A DNA stretch of 64,000 bases from positions 186,001-250,000 of the forward strand of contig NW_021832231.1 of NCBI RefSeq assembly GCF_006345805.1. Reading direction: 5' to 3'. Of the stretch, positions 50,771-61,803 are shown one piece after another; within the stretch, counting starts at the first letter, position 1, and each line of letters opens with the position of its first letter. Both the position numbers and the translations under genes were made by a program. The notes under the pieces were generated by a model. It searched no databases. It had not been told where the DNA came from and worked only from the letters and a program-made list of their open reading frames with translations. The stretch comes from Octopus sinensis. Its lineage: Eukaryota.

Positions 50771-50899
50771 TCTTTCTTTCTTTAATTTTAAAAAATACAA
50801 TATTTAAATACAAATTATTATACGAGAAGTTAATCTTAATAATAAAATGGTATGGTGTGGTCGTCTGTCTGTCTGTGTGTGCACACCAACTTCAAATTG

Positions 50900-51960
50900 G
50901 CAATACGATGTCCTCGACTACATGATGAGGTCCTTAAAACCTTCCCCCCAAAAAAATTAAAAAAAAATTTTCTGCATTTTGGTTAAAATGAACAACTACA
51001 TTGTCCTCGACTTACATGATGAGGTCCTTAAAACCTTCCCCCCAAAAAAAAAAAAAAAATTTTCTGCATTTTGGTTAAAATGAACAACTACGATGTCCTC
51101 GACTTACATGATGAGGTCCTTAAAACCTTCCCTCAAAAAAAATTAAAAAAAAATTTTCTGCATTTTGGTAAAATGAACAACTACATTGTCCTCGACTTAC
51201 ATGATGAGGTCCTTAAAACCTTCCCTCAAAAAAAATTAAAAAAAAAATTTTCTGCATTTTGGTTAAAATGAACACCCATTGTCCTCGACTTACATGATGA
51301 GGTCCTTAAAACCTTCCCTCCAAAAAAATTAAAAAAAATTTTCTGCATTTTGGTTAAAATGAACAATACATTGTCCTCGACTACATGATGAGGTCCTTAA
51401 AACCTTCCCCCCCAAAAAAATTAAAAAAAAATTTTCTGCATTTTGGTTAAAATGAACAACTACGATGTCCTCGACATACATGATGAGGTCCTTAAAACCT
51501 TCCTCCAAAAAAAAATTAAAAAAAATTTTCTACATTTTGGTTAAAATGAACAACTACGATGTCCTCGACTTACATGATGAGGTCCTTAAAACCTTCCCCC
51601 CCAAAAAAAATTAAAAAAAGAATTTCTGCATTTTGGTTAAAATGAACAACTACGATGTCCTCGACTTACATGATGAGGTCCTTAAAACCTTCCCCCCAAA
51701 AAAAATTAAAAAAAAAATTTTCTGCATTTTGGTTAAAATGAACAACTACGATGTCCTCGACTTACATGATGAGGTCCTTAAAACCTTCCCCCCAAAAAAA
51801 ATTAAAAAAAAATTTTGCATTTTGTTAAAATGAACAACTACGATGTCCTCGACTTACATGATGGTCCTTAAACCTTTCCGCCAAAAAATCAAAAAATTAT
51901 TTCTGCATTTGATTAAAATGAACAACGTTAATGTCCTCGACATTCATGATGAGGTCCATT
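50900..51960 (+). repeat. Tandem array, ~92-96-bp unit, 11 copies plus a degenerate partial
   Basis: Unit AACTACGATGTCCTCGACTTACATGATGAGGTCCTTAAAACCTTCCCCCC(A)nTT(A)nTTTTCTGCATTTTGGTTAAAATGAAC. Confidence 0.97.
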
Positions 51961-52151
51961 AAAAATCTCACGTATTAAGAATATCCTTGATGAAAACGAC
52001 AGCGAGAATATTAACAATGATGAACTCCCAATTATTCGCGATAAAGAAATTCAATTCATCTTATGATTTTCTCTTTAAAATTAAATGCATAACCATTCAA
52101 AATTAAACCTATTATCATATTTGACTTTGCCAGAATGTGCAATTACAGATT

Positions 52152-52345
52152 GCACGACCTTGAATAGAGTGTGCAATTAACAGATTTTGAAAAACACTTT
52201 GATAGTTGAAACCACATTAGCCATCATTAACACAATTTACACCAATGACGCACGACCTTGAATAGAGTGTGCAATTAACAGATTTTGAAAAACACTTTGA
52301 TAGTTGAAACCACATTAGCAAAATCATTAACACATTTACACCAAT
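52152..52345 (+). repeat. 2 x ~98-bp tandem duplication inside the Helitron
   Basis: GCACGACCTTGAATAGAGTGTGC.. at 52152 and 52250. Confidence 0.9.
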
Positions 52346-52394
52346 TGACAGCGCAATCAGAAGAATTTGCGTAAAAATATTAACTATTTAGTTA

Positions 52395-52625
52395 AGTTTT
52401 TCGTAAAGATAGAATTATTTTCGGTATGCCTCTTTTCCTAAACTTTTTATTATTCAAAAATAATTTTTTCAATAGATAACTGAAGGAGGGAAGACGACCT
52501 TAAGAAAAGAAGTTTTTCGTAAAGATAGAATTTATTTTCTGTATGCCTCTTTTTTCCTAATATTTTTTATTATTCAAAAATATTTTTTAAATAGATAACC
52601 GAAGGAGAAAAAACGAAGCTGAAGA
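52395..52625 (+). repeat. 2 x ~116-bp tandem duplication inside the Helitron
   Basis: AGTTTTTCGTAAAGATAGAATT.. at 52395 and 52511. Confidence 0.85.
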
Positions 52626-52691
52626 AAAACGGTCAGCTTAAGGTAATTAAATCTTTTTTGTGTGTCGCTTTTTTGGCTGCTGCTACTCTGC

Positions 52692-52750
52692 CTGCCGCAT
52701 CTCCGCCTGCCGCATCTCGGCTGCCCCATCTCCGGCTGCCCCATCTCCGC
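52692..52750 (+). repeat. 4 x ~15-bp GC-rich minisatellite
   Basis: CTGCC(G/C)CATCTCCG(C/G) units. Confidence 0.85.
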
Positions 52751-52984
52751 CAGTGGTTTGTCTAATCAAGGTCACTAAGCTAAATCTCCGGACTATAAAG
52801 GCTCTTAAGCATTATCTTAACTGGCTGTTAAAAAATTAGACAGGTTGTTGCCGTGGCGGCAGAGATTTTTTTGTTTATACTTTTTACAAATTTTTAAAGT
52901 TTTTTTTGTTTTTTCATTTCTTTGTTTTTTTTTTAAATTATTTATTTTTATTTGTTTTTTTTATTTTTTTTGTTATTTTTACAA

Positions 52985-53458
52985 ATTCAACCGGATTGAA
53001 TTTTAAACTCCTTAGATCCCTCTGGAATGCCGAATCATCTTTTAAAGTTAAAGATAGGCGTTCCAGTGGTTTTATTACGAAATCTTGCGCCACCTAAATT
53101 ATGCAACGGAACGAGGTTAGTTATCAAAAATTTGATGGCTAACGTAATAGAGGCGACGATATTCACAGGTAAGTATAGAGGTGAGGATGTTTATATTCCA
53201 CGAATTCCGATAATTTCTGATGAATTACCATTTAGATTTAAAAGGCTGCAATTTCCTTTGAGGATGAGTTTTGCAATGACAATAAACAAGGCCCAGGGAC
53301 AGTCATTAAAGGTAGTTGGGTTATTTTTAGAGAGTGAGTGCTTTTCACATGGACAGCTGTATGTGGGATGCTCGAGGGTAGGCAGAAGAGAAAATTTATT
53401 CATATATGCCAAGGAAGGACGGACGACAAACATCGTTTATCAACAGGCGATAGAATAG
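52985..53458 (+). pseudogene. Helitron PIF1-family helicase C-terminal fragment
   Basis: (EFL)[69 protein letters not shown]. Confidence 0.95.
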
Positions 53459-54299
53459 GGTTACATTAAACCAGGTAGTTTTATACATCTACATAAACTT
53501 ATAGTTGTTTGATGAAACAGGCCCTCCGCAGGAGCTAGGTCGCGGTGAGCGAAGCGAGCTGCCGAGCTAGTATTTAATAAAATGTCACAGGCCAGGGCTG
53601 CGAGCCACAAAAATGTCACAAAAAATATTCGAATTTTAATATAATACAAGTATTTATACATGTTAATTTTAAGATCTACAAATGAAATTTCCAAATTTAT
53701 GGAAGGAAATGAGTAATGTACTATTGACATTCCCTACCACTTATTTAGTTGATAGTGGATTTAGTTTTGTCAAACATAATACACAATGTGAAAGAAATAG
53801 ACTGGAAGTGTGTTATAGAGGCGATATACGCCTAAAGTTGAGCAGAATTTAACCCGACATAGAATATTTAGCGAGTAAACATCAATATCAAGGGTCTTAC
53901 TAATAATTTTTAATAAAAATTCAATTTTTACATTTGATTTATTATTTTATGTCACAGTCCAGGGCTGCGAGACGCCAAGGCTGCAAGGTTTTGAAAATAT
54001 TAATAATTTTTAAAAAATTACATTTCTGAAGTTCTTTTGTTGATCTCTTCAATAAATATCTAAAATTATTAATTTTTTCTTAATTATTTCAGAGATTGTG
54101 ATTTCATGAAAACCAACATATCACCAAAATCATTGATTTAACGTAGCGTTTTTTGATTCTATTAAAAAATTCACGGAAAATGGTTAACCAAACTAATTTT
54201 TGCGACGAAATTTATTAACAATATTAATTAAAATTTATAATATTAAACTTATAAGACTAAACTAACCGACAGCCCTACGGGCAGATCTTTCAGCTTGCT

Positions 54300-54330
54300 A
54301 CTAGACCCTATGCGGCCTTCGGCCGCGGTA
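54300..54330 (-). mobile_element. Second Helitron 3' terminus
   Basis: Minus strand reads GCGGCCGAAGGCCGC hairpin, 7 nt, then CTAG|T at 54304-54300. Confidence 0.6.
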
Positions 54331-54459
54331 TTTTTGATACCCTAACTTTCTAGAGAGGTATTTTTCCAAAACATTCTCTTAGACTCAAAAAAATAAAAAT
54401 CAAAAAATTAAGAAAATTTAAGTTATTACAACTTTTTTACGCGGCTTATATGAACGGTG

Positions 54460-54930
54460 TTTTCTATTTCTTCATCATCAAGAATTGTGATCATCTCTCC
54501 GTCAGTGTTTGTTACTTTATATTTTTTTGTTGAAATTTGGTCGTACAGCGGATATTTTCTATTACCCACGTTTGCGTCCTCATCGTGACGTATTAAACTT
54601 CACTACGTCTTGCACCATAAATCGTCAGTGACAATAAACTAAATAATTTATCTCGTCCAAAGTGGTTTAAATTGTGTTTAGCCTAATTTAAATCAGGAAA
54701 TATCAAACTTCAATGTATTTGAACTTTAATTCAGCTTCCTCGATACAAAAGAATCGCAACTCTCGACCATTTTTAGCAATGTAGGATGCGGAATTCTTGA
54801 AAGTGAAACTTTCGGCATATCGCTTGATTTTTGCCCTTTCCCTCCAGTCGATGCATTCATCTAGTAGTCCGGATTCACTGAAATTCCTAATTTTTTGAAT
54901 TGTTTCAAGTGTTAATTCCACTAGAACCAT
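54460..54930 (-). mobile_element. Ginger/KRBA2-like integrase N-terminal remnant
   Basis: HFGRDKLFSLL..YG..RSEV resembles the H2C2-domain H-x-G-R-D-K motif. Confidence 0.35.
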
Positions 54931-55949
54931 TTTTATAATTAATATTTAAATTAAAATTATATAATAAGTTTTATTTTTTATTATTAATAATTTTTTCCAA
55001 TGAAAAGTTTTCTAAAAAAAATATTTTTTTTGCATTTTAAGCATTGACCTTGCAGCCCTGGACGGCTCGCAGCCCTGGACTGTGACATTTTATATTTTGA
55101 TTTTTGAGTTATATACAAAAACAACCAATTAAGGGACAATGCCCAAAAATGTTTAAATTGTATGTGGACAAGGGGGCGATAAAATTTCAAAGGGAGGCGA
55201 TAAAATATCTAAGGGGGCGATGAACAAAAAAAGGTTGAGAATGCCTGCTATAAAGGATCGATCAAATTGTCTTAATTTAAAGAGGTTGAAATTTTTTCTC
55301 CCAAATGTATTTTGCAATTTGTATTACGTTCATAATCAAATGAAAATATATTTTTATATATTTTCCAAACTATTCCTGGAAATTGATTCTTTTTTCCGCA
55401 TTTGTAAATAATCAATTGGCTATAGGTTATATTTTGTCGCAATACAGACTTTATTATTTACCAATGTTTGTAGGGTTTTCTTTCAGCTTTAATATCGAAA
55501 ACGCAAACATTAGTGTTGACGCAATACAATTGTCTTAATAATCATCTAGAGTGGATTTTTTTGATTTAGAAACTAACTAAAACATCAACTTAAACATTGA
55601 AGTCGAATTCTATTTTAAACGTTTTTTTGGATATGTGGATTCTATCATTAACAAATCTAAATGTATTCGGCAATAAAGAGACGTTTTAGTTAAAATTTAA
55701 TGCATACGATTAATGAATCACAAGCTGATTTCACTGGAAAACTAAATGGATATTTCCTTTGAAATAAAATGTTCAATTTAATCGAAGAATGTCACAACTT
55801 ATTTGTACTTTCGAACTTGATAATGGAATACCACCCAGAATAAAAATGCAAATGACTATTGATATATCAGCTCAAAATGACTAAATAAATGGAATCAGCT
55901 TGAAACAAGTAACTTTTTAGAAAATATTAAAAAGTCATAGAAAAGGTTC

Positions 55950-56350
55950 ATTTAAAGAAATAAATCCATATCTTATGATTAGAATAAAAGAAAAGAAAAT
56001 ATTAATACATAAATCCCGTACCAAATTTCAAAGGACAACTGGTGCTTCGAATTGAATCGAAAAAATTTTTATAGACAAGTATCAGGAGATAAAAGTTTCC
56101 CTGACTTTGACTTCAAAACAATTATTGTTTTTTTTTAAGGAGCTTTCCTTTAAGCCATTTGGTGTCGTGGATAGAAGGGTTACCGGTATCGAGCTGTAAT
56201 TAAAATGTTGTATACTTTGAAGTTGTGAGGCTTGAGATGAATTCTCACAAATCATCGATTAATCTAGGATCATTGGAGAACTGCAGAACTCTAGATGGAG
56301 TCAAAATCTATAGATATTTTAGATACATGAAGACCAAAGAAGGAACGTAT
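55950..56350 (+). mobile_element. R4/NeSL-like pre-RT remnant
   Basis: NWCFELNRKNFYRQ parallels NWCFELNRRYFYR in the 25561-28730 element. Confidence 0.5.
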
Positions 56351-57100
56351 AAAAACAAAAAATAATTTCAAACCAATTAATAAGTATGTCCTATCTCTAT
56401 ATAACTATTAAATTGGATTAATCAATATTAAAAGTTTTAAATTTGATTATATTGATCTCCAAATACGAAGAATATACATTACACTAAAAATACATTTCAA
56501 TTCTGCCAATAAAGTGCGGCTTAATTTGCAAGAAAGAGCATGGGAAGGGCGTTGACATTAATTGTTTTTAAAACTAAATTAATGCTGCTTTAGTTATTAG
56601 ATACCCTAAAAAAGTCAGCTGTATCTGTCTCAGGAAGTTTGGACCCTGTTGGTTATTAAAAACAGAAACCGCATATAGCATCGATCCTGGATTCTTGCTT
56701 CTAAATATGGAATAGCTAATAAACTATTTATCACTAGCAAATCTCTGAGAGAGGCTCTTGTGAAATATTTATTGAACAAAATTAAGAACAAGTCATTTTA
56801 TTCTGTCTTCTTCCGATGAAAAGGGGTTCTAATGTTGATATCGAAATTTCTAGTGAGTGGTTAAATGAATGGAACAATACACCAAAATAGGACTTTACTA
56901 AGTATTTTAAAAACTGTTGGAATTGAATATAGGGAAAAAAAGTTTTCAATAAAAAATTGTTTTAATAATAATTAATAATAATGCATTAAAAGAATTAGGT
57001 GAGGTCATTTTTTGGATTAATTATTATTTATTAAGTAAATTAATTTATAAGTATTATTTTCTGAGAGGATAACATAGATTGGAAATATATTAAAATCTAT

Positions 57101-57251
57101 CCAAGTGGCTTTTCGAAAGGATTTCCTTGGCCATAGTACGTGGAAACTGTGTTTCCATTTACGATGCCGGGAATTTAGTTAGTTAATAACTATTTGTTAA
57201 TTACATATAACATTTAAAATTATTCCCTCACTTTAAAAAAAAAAAAAAAAA
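57101..57251 (+). mobile_element. 5'-truncated CRE-like insertion with poly(A) and TSD
   Basis: KWLFERISLAIVRGNC; poly(A) at ~57235-57251; TSD ATTAAAATCTAT (57089-57100, 57252-57263); empty site at 59954-59965. Confidence 0.87.
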
Positions 57252-57286
57252 ATTAAAATCTATTAACAAATTGAAATTTTTGTGGA

Positions 57287-58800
57287 ATGCAAAACAATGA
57301 AAAATTCTGCGAAAGTGACAGGTAACCTATTAACTACCACTAATAATTAAAGCCAAAAGAAAGTGCTGGAACGTAAAAATGAGGCCTTGGAAGATGCTAA
57401 TGATGACTTGAAAAAAGAATTGAACAGAATTAAAAATGAACAGGGAACAATGAAGGACAAATTAGACAGTGTTAGCTAATTTTCCCTTTCAACCACCACT
57501 GCTAACACTTTGCCCGCAATAAATGCGTTTTAGAATCCGCAAAATTTTCGAAAACAACTCCAACAAAGACGAAGAGCGAATTTACCTACTGGAAAAACAA
57601 TTGGCCAATATAAAATGGACAGCAGACGACAGCGACCATAAATACGACGAAGTAAAAATAACACGTAACTGATAAATAGATCAGCAGGAAGTTGATGGTC
57701 ACTGAAATAGACTTGGAGAGGACAATGGCACGTCTCGAATTGGCTGAGAGGTATTTTTATCCGGGAACCGCTGCGTGGGCAAAGTGTAGCAGTGGTGGTG
57801 CATGCGGCTAATACTGGCGATTAGGTTCTAAGAACAAACAAAAACTTGGAATTATCTTGTGATAAATTTGAAGAACAGGCAAATGAATATAAAAAGTCAG
57901 TTCATTGGAACTGATTTAGACAACTGACGATAGCTACAAAAGAACATTCGAACGTCGATTTCAAAATAAAAACATTGGAAGCTCACTCAAATGAGGTTAG
58001 TCTTAATCTGTCGCTGCGGTTCCCGGTGTATTAAGAGCAGTTTTATTTATATTTATGTAGTTAGGTTGTCAGTTAGAAGATGAGCCAAAAGTTGTTTTAA
58101 ATAATCTCAAATCTCTTGAGATTAGCTCTCTTGAGGTACCGAGCTAACAATCCTTCCTTTCTTATTCCCACTAGGTCCCTGGTGCTAACTTTAATTAATT
58201 AAACTGACATATTTATTGTAGGCATATAAAAAGGTAGAAGAATACGAGACTACAATTAAGAAACTGAGAGAAGATTTGTATGAGGTAATGTGCAGCTTTG
58301 CTATGCGGCATAATTTGTCGAGTTTAATTGAATTTAAGAGCGAGAAAGGGCAGCAGAATTCGATAGGGTGTTTAATAAGTGTCAGGAAGACATCGATAGG
58401 ATAGGCTAGAAAGTTGCTGTGTTACCTATTTACTGACATTCCCCGCTAACACACTCACATAGGCGACCAAATCCAATGAAGAATATTTAAATCGCATGCA
58501 AAAAATGGAATCAGATCTAGAAATAGCGGAAGGTCTGTTTTTCTCAATATTTGCTCAGGTATGCTGAACAATGAAATTGATATAATCTCATTTGATACAT
58601 TTGACGATGAATGGAATGACATGAATTCCATTTAACTAATATCCATTATTATTGGTCTCTAACCATTCCCTGGATCATTTACAACACTATTTTTATTTCA
58701 CTCTAATATATTTATAGAAGAACTGATGTCAGAGAAAAGAATATACAAAGAAATAAGCGCCAATATTGATTTAGAATACGCAAAACTTGGAAAATTCTGA
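57287..58800 (+). pseudogene. TPM: Tropomyosin unprocessed pseudogene, copy 2
   Basis: Exon 57534-57651 is 118 nt (IRKIFENNSNKDEERI..KYDE); terminal exon 58718-58800. Has TAG plus a 1-nt deletion in exon 6 and a 4-nt duplication in exon 8. Confidence 0.93.
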
Positions 58801-59819
58801 CTGAAACTAATTTTCTAACATTACTTCTAATTTAATTTCTAACAGTTTTTTTAAACCAAATTAACAATTATTTAAACTATTTTGAGAATTAGGAACAAAT
58901 GAGAGCAGCAAGATCAGGCGAATATGAGGCAGTACTTTTTTTGCCAAATTCTTCCAAGAGACATTTTATCAGCATGGCTTTAGAGACCAGGTCAGCAGAT
59001 GGCTTTTTTGTTCTTAGTCAACAATTCTTGTTCGTGGCAAATAACAGCTCTTATTATTTGCTTATTTTCAACAATTTGGGATAGATTATTATTTTGACAT
59101 CGCACAATATACTCAACACTATCTTTTTGGTCGATAAACTGACTGTTCTTGACTAATGGGGTTCAAAAGAGTGCCAAAAAATCCTTTTTTCATTATTTGT
59201 GACAATCCCGTCAAAAGATATTGTAGAAATTTATCTAAAACAACTCGTTTAGTACTCAATCCCAACAAAAACAAATTTTCTAATAACTCGTGTATGCAAT
59301 TTACTACGTTGATAGATTCTCAGAGAAAAAAATTAACTATTTAGAATCACGTGTTTTAATTATTTTTGTTTGATTAATATTTTTGTCAAAGTAACCATCA
59401 AGAATTTGCATTAATCTTAAGAATTACTGCAGAATAAAATTGTCGGTATAATCCTAATTTAGCTATATGAATACATTTTTAATTCCTTTGCGAACACTTT
59501 TTATTTTTAATTTTTTGACAGATTTAGAGTATATTTTCGTTTTCAGATATACAGTCGGGTAGAGATAATACAGTAAAAATAGTTTAACAAAAAAATATTT
59601 TCTTGTAAAAAAATTAAAAATTATTCCAAGGCAAGAAATATCATACGAATTTTTCATTAATTATTGTCTTAAATGACAAATTGTGTATTTTCTTAAATTT
59701 TTCAAGCGAACCATTGAACCTCTGAATGGAATACAGTTCGGAATTCCTAACTACTTTTATAGCAACAATAACAGTAAAAAGAATCTGGCTCCATCAGCTA
59801 TGACAGTCACAGAAAACTG

Positions 59820-59992
59820 GAAATAAGTTTCAGCTTAACTTAATAATGCATTAAAAGAATTAGGTGAGGTCATTTTTTGGATTAATTATTATTTATTAAG
59901 TAATTTAATTTATAAGTATTATTTTCTGAGAGGATAACATAGATTGGAAATATATTAAAATCTATTAACAAATTGAAATTTTTGTGGAATGG
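59820..59992 (+). repeat. Third partial copy of the tropomyosin 5' flank
   Basis: Matches 10997-11165 and 56975-57285; lacks the CRE insert. Confidence 0.87.
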
Positions 59993-60200
59993 ATCTCTGA
60001 TCTTCCCTTTGATACCGTTGATGTTTAGCTGGAGAGCCGTGAAGTGCTTTCTACGTCTTCGGGCTGCGGATGTCCTCCGGGAGGAGTGAGACTTAGGTAG
60101 GGTGCATCGTCCTGGGACAAAGATGTCACCAGGGGGACAAGTTTTGATGGTTCTTTTCCGGTGGGTATTAGGTACCCCTATGAAAAGTATAGTTAAAATT
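59992..60200 (-). mobile_element. Start of an APE-type retrotransposon ORF (truncated)
   Basis: FTALQLNINGIKGKIRD, an APE first-strand motif. Confidence 0.45.
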
Positions 60201-60947
60201 GTTCCAGTTTATCTGCTTTTTCTAATGTCATTAAGACGTAATTTAATGACAAGATTAATCGGATTTTTGGCATTTTGTATGAATTGATAATTTGGAAGAA
60301 ACTCTTTGCACTTTTATCAGTTCAGTTTCTTAAACTCCGTAGTGGACTTTGGGACTCACAACAATGCGAGTAAGTCAGATTGCAAATTCAAATCTCTTTA
60401 TGATCATTTAACTTTGAACAATTACAAAAGAGAATTAAGCTGACAAAAACAGTTTGAAAAATGCGGAAAATGTAAATCGGTTATTGATCATATGTGCCGT
60501 GATTTTGGAAAATCGTGTTTAGAAATAAACTTTTTTTGTATTTAACCAATCAAACAAAACTTTAGCGATCAAAAATATGCTTCCCTTCCTTGCCTTTGCG
60601 ACCAGTGGTATCATTAATAAGCGTGAACATGCGCTCCTATCAAAACAAAGATCTCTTCCAAGACCTTTGACCCCCGCAAGACGAGCTGGTTATTCCACAG
60701 CATTTCGTTTGCTGTCTTGCCGGGCAATTGTAAGTCAAACCTTTCGGCAGCAATCTCCTAATTAAATTTGACATTTGATTTGTATCTTTCGCCGTAAAAT
60801 AACACAAAAAATTTAGGACGATTTGAATGGATTTTCTTCCAATAATCGTATTTTATTCATCACTAATAAATTGCGAACAATATCTTCTTAGAGTAAAAAT
60901 GTAACAAAACAAGCAACCCAATTTTTAGTAAATAAACAAAAAAATCA

Positions 60948-61748
60948 GTGTTTATGATTGACCTCATACCACGTCAAGTCTCCTCTACACCAATAATCAA
61001 ACAACACTACTTTCGGAAAGGACACTCAACCAAGTAACGCACAATTCTGTTGTTTTCTGAATGGGTAGCCACAACGGGAAATGAAGGAGGCACAACCCCA
61101 GATTTTTTGACACTCTTGTTTAAAAACATTATTTTCTGAAGAGAACCGGGATCAAAGTAGTCCGGTCGGTTATAAACTACACTGAACAGACATTTCACAA
61201 CCATGTTGGACATTCACCTGAGAATCAACCCTTCCACGTTTAGACTTCGAGGAGTCAATTTTGGTCTTTTTTTGAAAGTTCTCGATGGGAGAAAAGTTCT
61301 GTAAATGTCTGTCCACATGAGCCTGAAGTTGAAGATCAGTGGAGAAAAGTCGCTCACATCCGTCGATTATGCATTTGAAGGCCTTTCCGCGCACGTGGGT
61401 GAGAATATGCTGCCTGAGGACACTCTCGCTTATTAACTCTCGCCCATATCTCCTGCAGTTGTCCCACAAACACTGCTTCGAGGTCTACTCATAAATCAAT
61501 CGCCGAACGTGAGAAGGCAGGTGGACTTCCTGGAGGTGAGTAAACAGAGAATATCCCGAGCAGTGGGGCACTCCACAGTTATTCCATTGACAGGTCTGGG
61601 GAATACATCCCTGCCCTTTCTTGGAATCACTTTCTGTAGAGTTGACTGAGCTTAGGGCATTCAATGTGGAGGAAAACACACTGTTCTCTGACTGAGTGTC
61701 ATCCGTCGTCTGCTTGAATGTAAAACTGCTGCTCCTCGAAGTACTCAT
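60948..61748 (-). CDS. AEBP2: AEBP2/jing-like C2H2 zinc-finger protein
   Basis: CQWNNC..HLQEVH; CLWDNC..LRQHILTHVRGKAFKCIIDGCERLF..LQAHVDRH; then RPDYFD. Introns at 61485-61508 and 61177-61201. The 3' end is approximate. Confidence 0.8.
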
Positions 61749-61803
61749 CACCACCCTCCCCTATCACTTGACACTATTCTTAATTTAATTATAATTAAAT
61801 TAA

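Larger units (their letters stand above)
50834..53570 (+). mobile_element. Non-autonomous Helitron (A|TC...CTAG|T)
   Basis: 5' TCTTAATAATAAAATG followed by (TCTG)n; 3' GC-rich GCGGTGAGCGAAGCGAGCTGCCGAG then CTAG at 53567-53570; inserted between A and T; helicase tail lies just upstream of the 3' end. Confidence 0.82.
53575..55247 (+). mobile_element. hAT (Buster-type) 3' remnant with nested inserts
   Basis: Dimerisation-domain text FPTTYLVDSGFS..RGDIRLKLS..KHQ.QGS* (53690-53900); subterminal repeats GTCACAG.CCAGGGCTGC; right TIR AGGTTGAGAATGCCTG ending near 55247. Confidence 0.7.
56975..59535 (+). repeat. Tropomyosin block, copy 2 (with 5' flank)
   Basis: Matches 10997-11247 plus 14100-16308. 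Confidence 0.93.

Noticed and set aside
50915-50945. C/D snoRNA (ATGATGA) or hammerhead ribozyme core in each repeat unit
   Set aside because: No downstream box D (CTGA) with a terminal stem; the hammerhead CTGATGA..GAAA core is not met (sequence is CATGATGA).
50900-51960. CRISPR array
   Set aside because: Units are contiguous near-identical repeats with no unique spacers; no cas genes; eukaryotic context.
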